Shown here: in pieces, positions 1 to 11,200 of the stretch
Position numbering within the stretch: the stretch's first letter is position 1
How the letters are laid out: each line of letters opens with the position of its first letter
NCBI RefSeq assembly: GCF_003704095.1
Contig: NW_020846127.1
Span: 1 to 64,000, forward strand
Source: Pocillopora damicornis
Taxonomy: Eukaryota
Reading direction: 5' to 3'
DNA: 64,000 nt
Made by a program: the position numbers and the translations under genes
Notes under the pieces: generated by a model
Seen by the model: only the letters and a program-made list of their open reading frames with translations
Databases searched by the model: none
What the model was told of the DNA's origin: nothing

Positions 1-754
1 AAATATCGAGGTTTGGAACCTTTGGTAAATTAATGTCCTAACACACCGTCACACATAGCAAAAGTTAAGTCTTTGGGTACTGTGAATCTGTTGGCTGAAT
101 TATATGGTTTGGTTAAAAATTGATTATAAAAAAAATAGTCTTACTTCACTGGAAGGAAATGAGACAGAAATAGGAATTGATGGTCATTTCAAGTGCATTC
201 ACAATCATTAACTATGTCAGTATACTTAGTAAGCACCACTTTTGGCTAACATTTGTGCTACAGTTATCTCTTCAAGTTTAACCAAGCACAGACAGGATAT
301 TGATTCTAAGTTCTCTCTGTTGAAAAGTCATCCGCAATGATGTCAATGACTTCAAATTAACTCTATATACAGCGCTGCACCGCTTCGGTTGAAGTCATGA
401 AGAATATTCTTCCTCTTGTTAGTAGTAGTTCAGAAAAAAGATGAAGTAAACAAGTGCACTATTAAGAGATTACAAAAGTGTGGGTCAGCTGCTATGTTAA
501 GTTTACCGGTTTAAGAATTAAATAAAAAACGCTTTAAAAACCTTCACTGTGTGTTTAACTAGGGAGTCAAATATTAACTTGTTACGTAGAAAAGGTAACG
601 ACTTCCGAAATTAATGGGCAGATGTGTAAAACCACATTGAAGTTCTCGAAAGTTCTCCCTAAACAGAAGGGCATTTGATGGACTTAACTGTTGAGTGTTT
701 GTTCATTGAGATGTAGTAGTTATTGAAGTTAATTGTTTACAAATTCAATTGTGA

Positions 755-1240
755 TTATTCTACGGGGACCCAGTTTAGCCATTTCATAAATTCCCAGAAC
801 GAAATCTTCCCATTCTTGTGTTCATCAAGGTATTCGAAAAACCTCTCCACGTCGACTCCTTTATATCCCAGCGAGTCAAGCAGCTCTTTGAACTCATCTT
901 TGCTTAAGTTGTTATTATTGTCTTTGTCATAAGTTTTAAACAATTCCACAGCTTTACAGAGATTCTTGAACCTGGCTTTATTGTTGACGGCCTCAAAACG
1001 CTCTCCGCTACGAAGCCATTGAAGAAATTCTTCGAAGGAAATGCTTTGATCTCCATCTTTGTCCAGCAGCATGGAGTAAGCCTTTGCTTCTTCTTTTGCA
1101 AATCCCAAATCCTTCTGTAAAAGATCGTCTAACTCGCTGCAGTTCAGTCGTCCGGTTCCGTCTTTGTCGTACTTGTCGAAGAGGCTTCGAATGACGATTG
1201 ATGGAGTGTTGTCATTGAAATAACTGTTTCCCGCTTGCAT
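755..1240 (-). CDS. Calmodulin-like 4-EF-hand calcium-binding protein, paralog 1 (intronless, 161 aa)
   Basis: Four EF loops: DKDGTGRLNCSE, DKDGDQSISFEE, DKDNNNNLSKDE, DEHKNGKISFWE. Clearly similar to the ORFs at 2249 and 6492. Confidence 0.92.
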   Translation of the reverse strand: MQAGNSYFNDNTPSIVIRSLFDKYDKDGTGRLNCSELDDLLQKDLGFAKEEAKAYSMLLDKDGDQSISFEEFLQWLRSGERFEAVNNKARFKNLCKAVELFKTYDKDNNNNLSKDEFKELLDSLGYKGVDVERFFEYLDEHKNGKISFWEFMKWLNWVPVE

Positions 1241-1388
1241 TGCAAATCGATGAGCAGTCTGTGAGTGAAAGGTGCCTTGGTCGTTCGTTATATGGGGAAG
1301 GAAGACTGTTCTCTTGAATCGAGACTTTGAAGTCGAATGCAGGTGGTTTTTATGCTGATTTGTAATTCTCTAATTTTAAAAATAAACT

Positions 1389-1402
1389 ACGTGACGTCAC
1401 GT
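1389..1402. promoter_or_regulatory. Full CRE (TGACGTCA) inside a 14-bp palindrome, upstream of EF-hand paralog 1
   Basis: ACGTGACGTCACGT ~150 bp upstream of the ATG. Further full CREs at 3583-3590, 6179-6186 and 7779-7786. Confidence 0.55.
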
Positions 1403-2248
1403 CGCGCTTTCCGCATGACACGGCATTTTCATTGCCATAGACACGTTGTGAATGCGTGACTCAAAAGCTTAGAATCAAGAATTTTTCCCTTTAAACATAT
1501 TTTATACAAATAAATAAGGATTGTAGTCGTTTTTGCCGAAAAACTAATGGGGATACGTGATCCAGCGTGATGTCATTACTTTTGGACTTTGACTTAATGA
1601 CGATTCACTTTAAAGAGGTAATTGTTTGTAAAGCTAAACTTTTTAATTATTGCCCCAGGGCAGTTTTGGAAACGTCGCTAAAATTGAAGGTGTGCTTTCT
1701 TCTGTGCAAATCGCGTTATTTTCGGATTAATTTGTATCAAAAAGTGTTAAAATAAAAAACAAAACAAAACAAACATCAAGACGGTGTTTCCCGTTTACAA
1801 CCTCCCACTTCTCGAAGGAGGATTCCGGAAAAAGTCCCTCGAGGTGAAGAGGGCCATAGCTATCCCTAGTCCAAGGTAATTCCTTTCCCCCCGACTTACC
1901 CAGGTTTTCTTCAAACAAAGAAATCCCTCCACGCTGTTCACCAATTTTTGGAAATAATCAACTTTTTATTTCGTTTACGCCTACAAATTCATACTGATTG
2001 TTTAAGTAGTAAAAAAATCAAATTGTCTGGCGACAAACTTGACCTACGCCTTGTACAAGTATAAAGCTTTTTCCCCTGATAACATCGGCATGCTATGTAG
2101 TAAATTAAGATCATCGTTTTTCTGCAATGATTTTCCTTGTCTATACGGAAGTCAAAATTGTTCGAAGTCGTCGCGCGCGATATGCGCGAGTTCGTTGTAA
2201 GACGCGAGGTTCGGTGGGTCACTCGCTTGTAAACGGGTCAACCGTGAA

Positions 2249-2737
2249 CTACTCAATTGGTGCCCAGTTCAACCAAATCATGAATTCCCAAAAGGAGATT
2301 TTTCCATTGTTATGTATGTCCATTTTGGCAAAAGCCTTGTCCATGTCTTGGTTGTGATAACCGAGATATTTCATCATGGCTTCAAACTGCTCCCTGTCCA
2401 AAGTACCGCTGTCATCCGTGTCAAACGATTTGAAATACTGAAATGCTCTGCTAACACGTTCAAACTTAGGGTGATTGTCTAATCGCTGAAATCTTTCCCC
2501 GCTGCGTAGCCAGTCTTTGAACTCTCCATATGACACCTCCAGATCTCCATCTTTGTCTAGGAGGAAAAAGTATATTTCCGATTGATGTAGGTCCAATCCC
2601 ATTATTTCCTCTAGGAAAAATTTCATTTCTTTCTCGTCGAGTTTCCCATCTCGCTTGGTGTCGTACTTGTCGAAGAGACTGTGAATAGCCACCGATGGCA
2701 CGTTTCTGTCAAAATAGCTGAAACCAGTGGACATCAT
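2249..2737 (-). CDS. EF-hand calcium-binding protein, paralog 2 (intronless, 162 aa)
   Basis: EF loops DTKRDGKLDEKE, DKDGDLEVSYGE, DTDDSGTLDREQ, DIHNNGKISFWE. TATA box (TATAAAAAG on the - strand) at ~2830-2838. Confidence 0.92.
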   Translation of the reverse strand: MMSTGFSYFDRNVPSVAIHSLFDKYDTKRDGKLDEKEMKFFLEEIMGLDLHQSEIYFFLLDKDGDLEVSYGEFKDWLRSGERFQRLDNHPKFERVSRAFQYFKSFDTDDSGTLDREQFEAMMKYLGYHNQDMDKAFAKMDIHNNGKISFWEFMIWLNWAPIE

Positions 2738-3351
2738 AGAATTAAATGTATCAACTCGGGTAAAATTTATGAAAGCTTTGCACTTGATTTCCCGCTAAGC
2801 TTTTCTGTGCAAGCCTATGATTACGTTCCCTTTTTATAGCCGTGGTCAGGGCGTAAACTGTTAATTAAGAAGGATTGCGGAAAGGGAAAATTTATCTAAT
2901 TCCCAGAAACAAATCGATTCAACGCGTCTGATCAAACCATGTGATCCAGTTGAGACGTCATTGACCTTTGTTTCTCGGTAGGAGGAACGCGTAACAGCTA
3001 AATTTAGCAGAACTTTCCTGGAATTGTTTGTTGTAACTCATCCAAATAATTACTAGTGCGATTTGCTCAACAAACATCATCTAGGGCGAGGGGGAAATTG
3101 ATGCTTATTCCTTTGTTGTAGGTAAAATCAATTTCCGCTCCGCACGTCGAGAACGACAATTTCGTTTCGGGAGACGAAACTTATTGAAATAGCAATATTT
3201 CCATTCACTAAATTGTGAACTAAAATCCCATAGAGTAAAAGAAGGTAACCAAGCGATCAGGCAATAAGTAAAATAACAAGCTGCTCATATGGTAATAGCA
3301 TTACTGTAACACGATAGATAGGAAATATGTCCTCAAATTACACTGTTTACT

Positions 3352-3520
3352 TGATAGCAGGTAATTTGGTGTTAACAACTGAGTTGAAAACGTAAATTGG
3401 CCACCCTTTACGGTGGCCAATTTACGTCGTCTTCAACTCAGTTGTTAACATTCAATTACCTGCTATACTCTCCCACCGACGCAGCACCACAGTTTCTCTA
3501 GAAACTAACCCCCTTAATTC
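3352..3520. mobile_element. Foldback fragment of a Penelope/retrozyme-like dispersed repeat
   Basis: Inverted arms ...gtaatttggtgttaacaactgagttgaaaacgtaaattggccacc / ggtggccaatttacg...caactcagttgttaaca...attacctgctat. Related copies at ~28393-28450 and ~39620-39778. Confidence 0.5.
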
Positions 3521-3660
3521 ATTTGTTTAATTGATACACACGTCACACAGGTGTGGAAAGTTTGAAACTCATTCGGCGGAAATGACGTCATGTCTAGACG
3601 GCAAGCATAGTTTTCAAACGTGATGTTTAAATCTTTTGTCCAAGACCAATGGAGATGGAA

Positions 3661-3691
<31 letters not shown>
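3661..3691 (+). repeat. Poly-G tract (31 nt)
   Basis: Uninterrupted G homopolymer. Confidence 0.95.
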
Positions 3692-3693
<2 letters not shown>

Positions 3694-4232
3694 TACGACG
3701 AAAGATACACTTTTCTTTACTTCTTAACCTCTATTCAACAAACCTTTAATAGACAAGGGCATTAACAACGGTTTTCTCTCCATTTTTATGACTAACAGTT
3801 GAGGCATCATCGGTATTTTATGACCGAAAAGGTGATTTTTGCTTGAACAGACTGTTATGGGGAGGGCCCCCTAATCCTCCAGGGTATTGAACATTGAGTA
3901 GAAAGGTAATGAAATGAACTCGATCACTTGCTAAATCGTTAGAATGAATTTTTGAAGCTGAATGAGTAACGATTTATTGTCAAAATAAGTGTGTAGTACA
4001 AATTCAGCAGGTCATCAGTAGACAACATTTACCTGGAAAAAGATTTCGTTACCAGAAACACAGGAAAGGATTGTATATCAATTTACCTCAGGGACGAGAG
4101 GCTTGGGAGAGATTTACAACTACCCATGCAACGTGGCTCGAGACTTGCATCAGCCAACCTCGTTTTCGAGAACTCGTTTCTTGGAAGTCACGTTTCTATA
4201 AAAACCCAGAAAGCCGTACTCTACAATCAAAA

Positions 4233-4452
4233 GTTAACTCTTGATCCTTTCCACCCTAACATCAGTATACATATTCTCCATACTGTTCTCTATACATTTC
4301 CTCAGGTGCTGACAAGGAGAATTTTTTCAACAATCAAAAGCTTCATTAGTTGGTTATCATTTATTTTATGCCCGTGACCTTCATTCTGCGTTGGGGTGAA
4401 CTTGAAAGGAGAGATTAGAAGTTAGTCATTCTTTTACGGTTTAAAGGGTTAA
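4233..4452 (+). mobile_element. ~210-bp TTAA-flanked MITE, family 1
   Basis: Core ccctaacatcagtatacatattctccatactgttctctatacatttcc...aaagggttaa. Other copies at ~14177-14380(-), 15140-15340(-), 18778-18970, 27667-27876, 31366-31540(-), 40545-40700, 53518-53727, 55235-55444. Confidence 0.8.
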
Positions 4453-6491
4453 GTAACGGAAAGTGAAACTTTTTAGAGTTCTTTACTGCTGTTATAGAAA
4501 ATTTAGGAGAGACTAAATAAACTGAATTTGAAAACGACTTGAACCACACCAAGTGAAAGTTTCCAAGTTTGAGTCGGAGACGAAATGAGTCAGTTTTATT
4601 CGTTTATTTGCTAACCTCTCTGTTTTCTGTGGCTCTCCTTTTTAGCTGCCATGTCAGTACCCCAAACTGTCACATCGGTGACAAGGACAATTATTGAAAC
4701 CGTGAACATTCATCACCGAAATACGATCGCTCATAATGTGTGTAATGATATTTAATGAGTTCTTGCGGACTTCAAACGCGGCCTCGATACTTTCTATTAC
4801 GATATCAAATAAACAATGAAAGATCTTTATAAACAAAGATTGCTCCTCGCATGGACGGTTTCTGGAAACTACTTTCAGCGAAAATGATAATAAACAACTC
4901 CCTTTGTTTCTTCCGAGTGGCAATCAGCCCTTTCGCTTGAGGTGTTCTGTGCATGACAATCCAAAGTCAACCTTGAACACATAAAACTGAGCTAAGGAAT
5001 ATTCAAATCCATAACTGTCATTTTGGAGTCACTCCAATAACCTAGTTAATGACATTCAAATCCGTGGGGTGGTGACCAGTGGTCACATATTTGATCTTGT
5101 CAGACCTTAGAGTAACTCTTGACCTACTCGGGAACAGCATTCGGATGAATCAAATGTTCAAGGTCATTTTGTCTATGCTGAACTCAAACGTTTAAAAGTG
5201 CTATACAGAGCTTTTCTTTCCTTACTTCATTTTCATCTATACCCATTGTTATAATGGCAATGGAAGGAGATTTAGTCGCATTAGTTTATATCCAATATTC
5301 ATATTACAATATTCCATGTGAGTAAAGTCTGAATTTTCGTTGAGCTAACAGGACTGATTAGGTTTTTGAAGCCATTTTTACGATAACGCAAATCGATTTC
5401 GACATGTAATTTTTTTTGTCGGCTCATCAAATAATTGGAAAAAAAAATCAATATCGCCATGGTTTCGTCACAGGAACGAACCCATTCCGACGATCACGTA
5501 TGGATTTCTGAAGCTGAAAAGGCAGAATTGAATTTTTTCTTGCTTCTTTTTTTTGAAAAGATTCAGCTAAACAGATTGAGGCTGAACGTTGAGAAAATGC
5601 CCAAAGAGGCGTGTGACATCATAGTTATACCTTCGAATGATACTCAGTGAAATGTTCGAAGAGAAAAAACCCCCTTGAGTGAGAGAGTCCTTGTTCCAAC
5701 GTTTACACCGGCGGAGCTCACGCAAGACCTAGTGTTTATGTAATACAAATGACCACAACTTCCGAAAATTTTCCTTTTGCAGTTAATCACATCGCGTTTC
5801 ATACATTTTCTTGCTCGAAGCAATGTTAATTTTCCTAAAGATGATTCGGTTCCTATTTTTGTTAAAAATTCCTAAATTAAGTTGAAGGAAGTTTAAGGAA
5901 AAGTTTTCTGAAAGTGGATCGGCTAAAGTATATGCTTACTACCATGTAAAAGAAAATTACAAAAAAACAAAAACAGTAAATGGTGAATTTTATGGCGCTG
6001 TTCGATTCTAGAAGCACGTGCCTACGATCTCCATGGCGAACTTGAGTTTAACAACAAAGGTAGACTCTTGGACGGGCATCCGATTTCATGTCAACTTCCT
6101 AAAACACTGGAGAGTTTGTGGTCTCGTAAATGAAGTGTAGATGTTGATTTTTCGCTTATTTTGCCCGTATATGGTCACTGACGTCATGTTGCCGGAAGAG
6201 ACTACTCACAGGGCGGCTGTTAAACTCTCAATAAAATGATTATGTCGGAAATCTCTGTTCATTACTATTCCACAAGCCAGGATTACATGTCTAGGATATA
6301 ACTGCGCACTTCCCTGTAAGAAAGCAAAACAAAAACACACATTACGTAGGACCATTAATTAGATAAATTTTTCATGTGCTCAAATGCTATATAAGCGGGG
6401 GCAGACTGTTCCTTCGTGGCAAAACTAACGGAAAGCAGAACTAGATAAAGAAGAAGATAGAGAAGCTTGAACAAGCACTGACTTATCCAAA

Positions 6492-6980
6492 ATGCAAGCT
6501 GGACTCAGCTTTTTCGACAAAAAAGCCCCAGATGTTGTTGTTCGCAGCCTCTTCGAAAAATACGATACGAATGGAAATGGTAAACTGGACGAAAAAGAAA
6601 TGCAAACCCTATTAGAAGGAGATTTAGGCCTGGATCGAGAACAAACTGGAGTGTACATTCCCCTTGTGGACAAGAACGGTGACCATGATGTCTCCTTTGA
6701 AGAATTCAGCGACTGGCTTCGCAGCGAAGAACACTTTCAAATTTTACATGACAAACAAATGTTTGAAAAACTTTCCAAAGCGTTCAGATATTTCAAGAGT
6801 TTTACCACAGATGACGGTGACACTCTTGATCGCGTTCAGTTCGAGGAACTGATGAAGTTCTTTGGGTATGAAACCATCGACATGGAGAAAGCTTTCGCGA
6901 AAATCGACAAGGACAAAAATGGGGTAGTGTCTTTTTGGGAGTTCATGGTATGGTTGAAATGGGTGCCAGTTTTGAACTGA
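6492..6980 (+). CDS. EF-hand calcium-binding protein, paralog 3 (intronless, 162 aa)
   Basis: EF loops DTNGNGKLDEKE, DKNGDHDVSFEE, a degenerate TTDDGDTLDRVQ, and DKDKNGVVSFWE. TATATAA at ~6388-6394. Confidence 0.92.
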   Translation: MQAGLSFFDKKAPDVVVRSLFEKYDTNGNGKLDEKEMQTLLEGDLGLDREQTGVYIPLVDKNGDHDVSFEEFSDWLRSEEHFQILHDKQMFEKLSKAFRYFKSFTTDDGDTLDRVQFEELMKFFGYETIDMEKAFAKIDKDKNGVVSFWEFMVWLKWVPVLN

Positions 6981-8258
6981 TTAACACTTTTACGAACTAC
7001 TCAATTAAGTGTTTGTTTTAATATATCTGAGGTGTGAAATTACCGAAGAGAACTGAAATCGTTATCTTTGAACGTAAACTCGAGAACAAAATTATCTGAG
7101 TTTAGTAGCCCACTGACAATTTTGCAAGAGGCCATATATTTCATTCGATTCCGTGCTTTATCTCCAGGTCGTGCGAACCATGCATCAAATTTCCAAACCT
7201 AAAAAAAATTCTTGCATAATCTGGTTTTATCAAATGAGTTGATAATGTAAAAGAGACCTGTTACGTAAGAGTTCTCACTCATCACAATTGTATTTATTTA
7301 TTTTGTATTTATTCAACTTAGATGTACATATTTCGTTTTCATGAATCATCCTATTTAAGTTGTATACACTGATTCGCTAATTTATTCAAAATGGACATAG
7401 TTCAATTTTATTCACAAAACACTTTTCTTGCCAACTTTATGTTGGTGAATGTATTAAAGAAGCGTAATTGCTTGATGCTGTAAAATGTTATGATACACAT
7501 TGTTAACTTATGCGAAATTAAAGGTAATGACGATGGAAAAACAGAGCCTCGGTCTTCTTAATTTTTTCTGATGCCTCAGTGACTTCTGTCATCCGACCGC
7601 CATCATTTTTCATTTCGTCCCACTCATGAATTAAAATTAGACAAAAGTAGAACAAAACATCAGCTAAGTAACATAAAACAAATAAAAAGCGCTACAAATT
7701 GCTTTGTTTCTTTCTTCTTTCTAATAAACTTTCAACAAATGCCTTAACAGCGTGGTTAATTGCGTGGGTACACCGACGTGACGTCAAATCGCAGGGAAAA
7801 CCCTTGATGTCGTAAACGTGACAAAGGTGTGACAGCTCATTCTGATTGCTTTTAGTTTGTTTAAGCCCATCTTATTAATTCTTTTGAAAGATCAGTCGCG
7901 TTTTCTTAAAAAAAAACAAAGCCCTTTATTGATAGTTCTCATGATTACACACTAACCGTAAATACAATCTAGGACTGGTCTTTATGCAAATTCCAGACTG
8001 ATTGCTAGTGCGAAATACTACCATTACCATACGAATAAAAACATGTATTTATCCGTCGCTTAGTCATACTGCTTGAGTGGAAATGACGATTAATCTGTTT
8101 CAAGTATTCAAAAGTGGATTAACACATGTGCGAACGCATGCACTTCGAAATAAAAGATAACAAAATCCCTAGAATCCATTGGAAATCCGCCGTTTATCAT
8201 TAAATATTAGTTTTTGCATCATAGTGTAAAAATATGTTACCTTCCTGACACAATGACT

Positions 8259-11200
8259 TTAATCAGGTTTCTCTGAATAAATTATTTTCGTTCTCCCGAC
8301 TAAATTCGTTAAGCAAAGTACAACAATAACACATAAAGTTAACAAAAGAGTCTTCATCGCTTCGTACAACAACTTTGGTGAGAAGACACTCCAAACAAAC
8401 AGATGATACCGCTGAACAAATACCAACGTACAGTAGGAACAGAGGATCAGAGCCTGGCAGAGTGAGATAACGTAACACACTTGATGGAGAGAATACTGTA
8501 ACCTGATTGTAAAAAAGTGAACTGAAATCAGTACAAAATAACCAAATACGATTACAGCAAAAAGCTTACCGAGAACCATTACAGAGCTGGGATAGGAGAA
8601 TCAATCCCGAGAAAAGAGTCTTCCTCCAAAGCCAAATTGTAAATAGCAGAAGGAGGATGGAACACCTTGTATATGTGATGTGTGGCTTAAAGGAGAGTTT
8701 CCGATCAGCCTCTTAGTCCACAACTTTTTGAAATTACATGAGATAGCTTCCGAGAAGGCTCTTATAAGCACTGTAACATGAGCTACCACCCGCCAATCCT
8801 CTTCATTTTAAGTGCGATACAAGGCCACAACAATCTCTTTCCTTTAACCCCTGTTTTGTGAGCATGTTCTGCCTTACCCATGAGAATTTACCTCACCGAG
8901 CTAAGCCAGGACAGTGTGGTACCAGGTGATTTTCAGTCGACCATGTCTTCTGTCACCAAATGGTGCATGCCCAGTGCAGGGCAACCTTTAGGATACGACC
9001 CTGAAGAATAACACGTACCATAACCCTTACACGCTCACTTCACTCGGCGGCTCGAATCACGCGGGTCTTACCGCTTGTGTCGCAGAACTAATAACAGCCC
9101 GCACGTAAGGCATCGTCTGAAGCGATAAGAATTATTGCAATTCGTACTGTATGAGATTCTCGCACATTGCAAAGAATCTCCAACATAATTACTGATTCAT
9201 TGTAACACTGAAGCACTGCGAGAGAAACGGCTACTACTACTACTCTGTACAAAAGAAGAGCGCACGTGTGCCCTTACCTCTTAACATCTCGAGCGTTTCT
9301 CACAATAGACAACACTGCTGCCATTAGCCAAAGTAAAAGCCCACAGTAAGTAGCTACACATGTTAAGGGCCCCACAATAACAGGTATATGGTCCTCTAAT
9401 CCCACATAGCCAGCTGATATATCCACTGACGCAAGGCTGTTGGAGTTTCCCAAGGAAAAGTACATAGCGTGTCCCATCCAAAAAGAGCTGAGTACAATAA
9501 GCCATGTGTTCTCCTGACTAAAAACCAAAATATGATTGTCAAGAGACAAACTCTAACGTGGTTATAAGATTGAGACATAACTGAAATGTTAGAGATGCCC
9601 GAGATTCGACCAAGACTGAACACTCTGTTTTGATGGTGTAACTTTGTAGCGATGCATGGTTGGCGCTGGTTTCGCACACAACCAACAGCAAATTAGAGCA
9701 GACTTCAGAAAAGAAATTATGGGAAACCTTTTTTGACTCTCAGCCTCTGGCTGCGATGTATATGTTAATCTATCCATTAATTTTTGCCCATTTCAACTGA
9801 TGGCACTATTGGCGGCCACTATTGGATTAATTCCAAATTCTCCCGTCTAAATATACTAGGAAAAGTATGGCAGAAAGTAGGGAAGGTTACTAATCGGATC
9901 GAGGGAGTTTAAGGAAAATATCTTCATAATTTGGCCTACATGTACCTTTTCCAGAGCAATTTCCTCAAGATATGTTCCTGAACCACAAAGACCGCTAAAA
10001 GTGGTGCGTTGTGAGGCCTCTGAAGGAGAATTTCTAACAATAGTAAAGCTGATTGAATCCCTTCTAACGATCCACAGACGTCAAAATTATATTCCTGGAA
10101 AGTCTTTTTCTTATTGCTGTTTCTCTTTCTCCTACATAAATTAATAACATTCCCTATTGCTATTATTGCCACGCAACAATACGTCAATCGTGCTGCTGGG
10201 ACCCCCTTCGTGATAGATTCATTCGGTATCCATGGTAACTGAAGACTTCCTGTGACAGTCCGATATACGTAGGCGCTTACAACACCGACAACAAAGACAA
10301 GGGTGATTAGCACATTTTGACAGTTGTAGCGAAATCCTACGATGAAGAGAAGCGATACAAAATAACTTAAAGACAGCACGTTTCGGTTGTAAGGCTTCAC
10401 AAGCCAGTCTCCAATATCAGGTCTATCTGCCCATTTTATTCCAGTTTGGTTCCAGCTCCTTGACAATCTTCCTAAAACAAGAAGTACAAAACATAACAGA
10501 AGTTTCCACAAAATTCCCCTCTTGGACGTCATGACTTCCAGTCCCAAAGCTCTTTTTTCATTTATGTGATTCCCAGATCCCGTTGAAGTTGAAACTGACC
10601 GAGAAAGATCTTGGTTCGAGATTGCATTTTCAGTTCCAGTCCTTATCCTATCAACGTCTTGACTCGTCAAGCAAAGCCCATCCGCGTTATGTCTACTTAT
10701 TGTGGAATGGTGAGAATTTTTGTGAGAACTAGCGTCACCAAGTTTACTGTAAAGCTCAAAAGACTTTCCTTTCCCACATTTGTGTGTCTTGTTATTGCCC
10801 GAGTCCTCGTCCTTTATCACCAAACGATGGTGAAGTTCTGTTTCATTGAGATGCTTACAAGATGTGATTTTCTCAAGAAAAATGATAACGAACAAAGTAG
10901 ATGTCAAAAGGTACCAAGTTTGATGTTCTTCTTCTACAAAACTACTCGAAGGGAGACTGACAACATGGAGGAAAACTCCTATGACAAGAAAGCAGCAAGT
11001 CTTATTTTGAAAAAGCGATGAAAGGGCTGATGTAACCACCCAGAAAAAAGGCTGAGAGCTTGAAAAATGATGAAAAAGACCAATCAGAACAGATCCAAGT
11101 GTGACTCCTGATAGCAATGCAAATATAGAAGAGAGAACGATAGATTCCAGGCTAGTTACTGAACACAAAATGTCGCTTCCCCCTGAAAAAAGAAAAGAAA

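Noticed and set aside
755-6980. EF-hand proteins as aequorin-like photoproteins (Trp-rich C-terminus with Pro)
   Set aside because: They are only ~162 aa with an intact EF2 and lack the long N-terminal helix; photoproteins are ~190-200 aa with a non-binding EF2.
10611-11021. Antisense and alternative-frame ORFs over PIGG, KRI1, opsin and CLCC1, and short ORFs within MITEs
   Set aside because: Shadows of real exons or translations of repeats, with no independent protein signatures.
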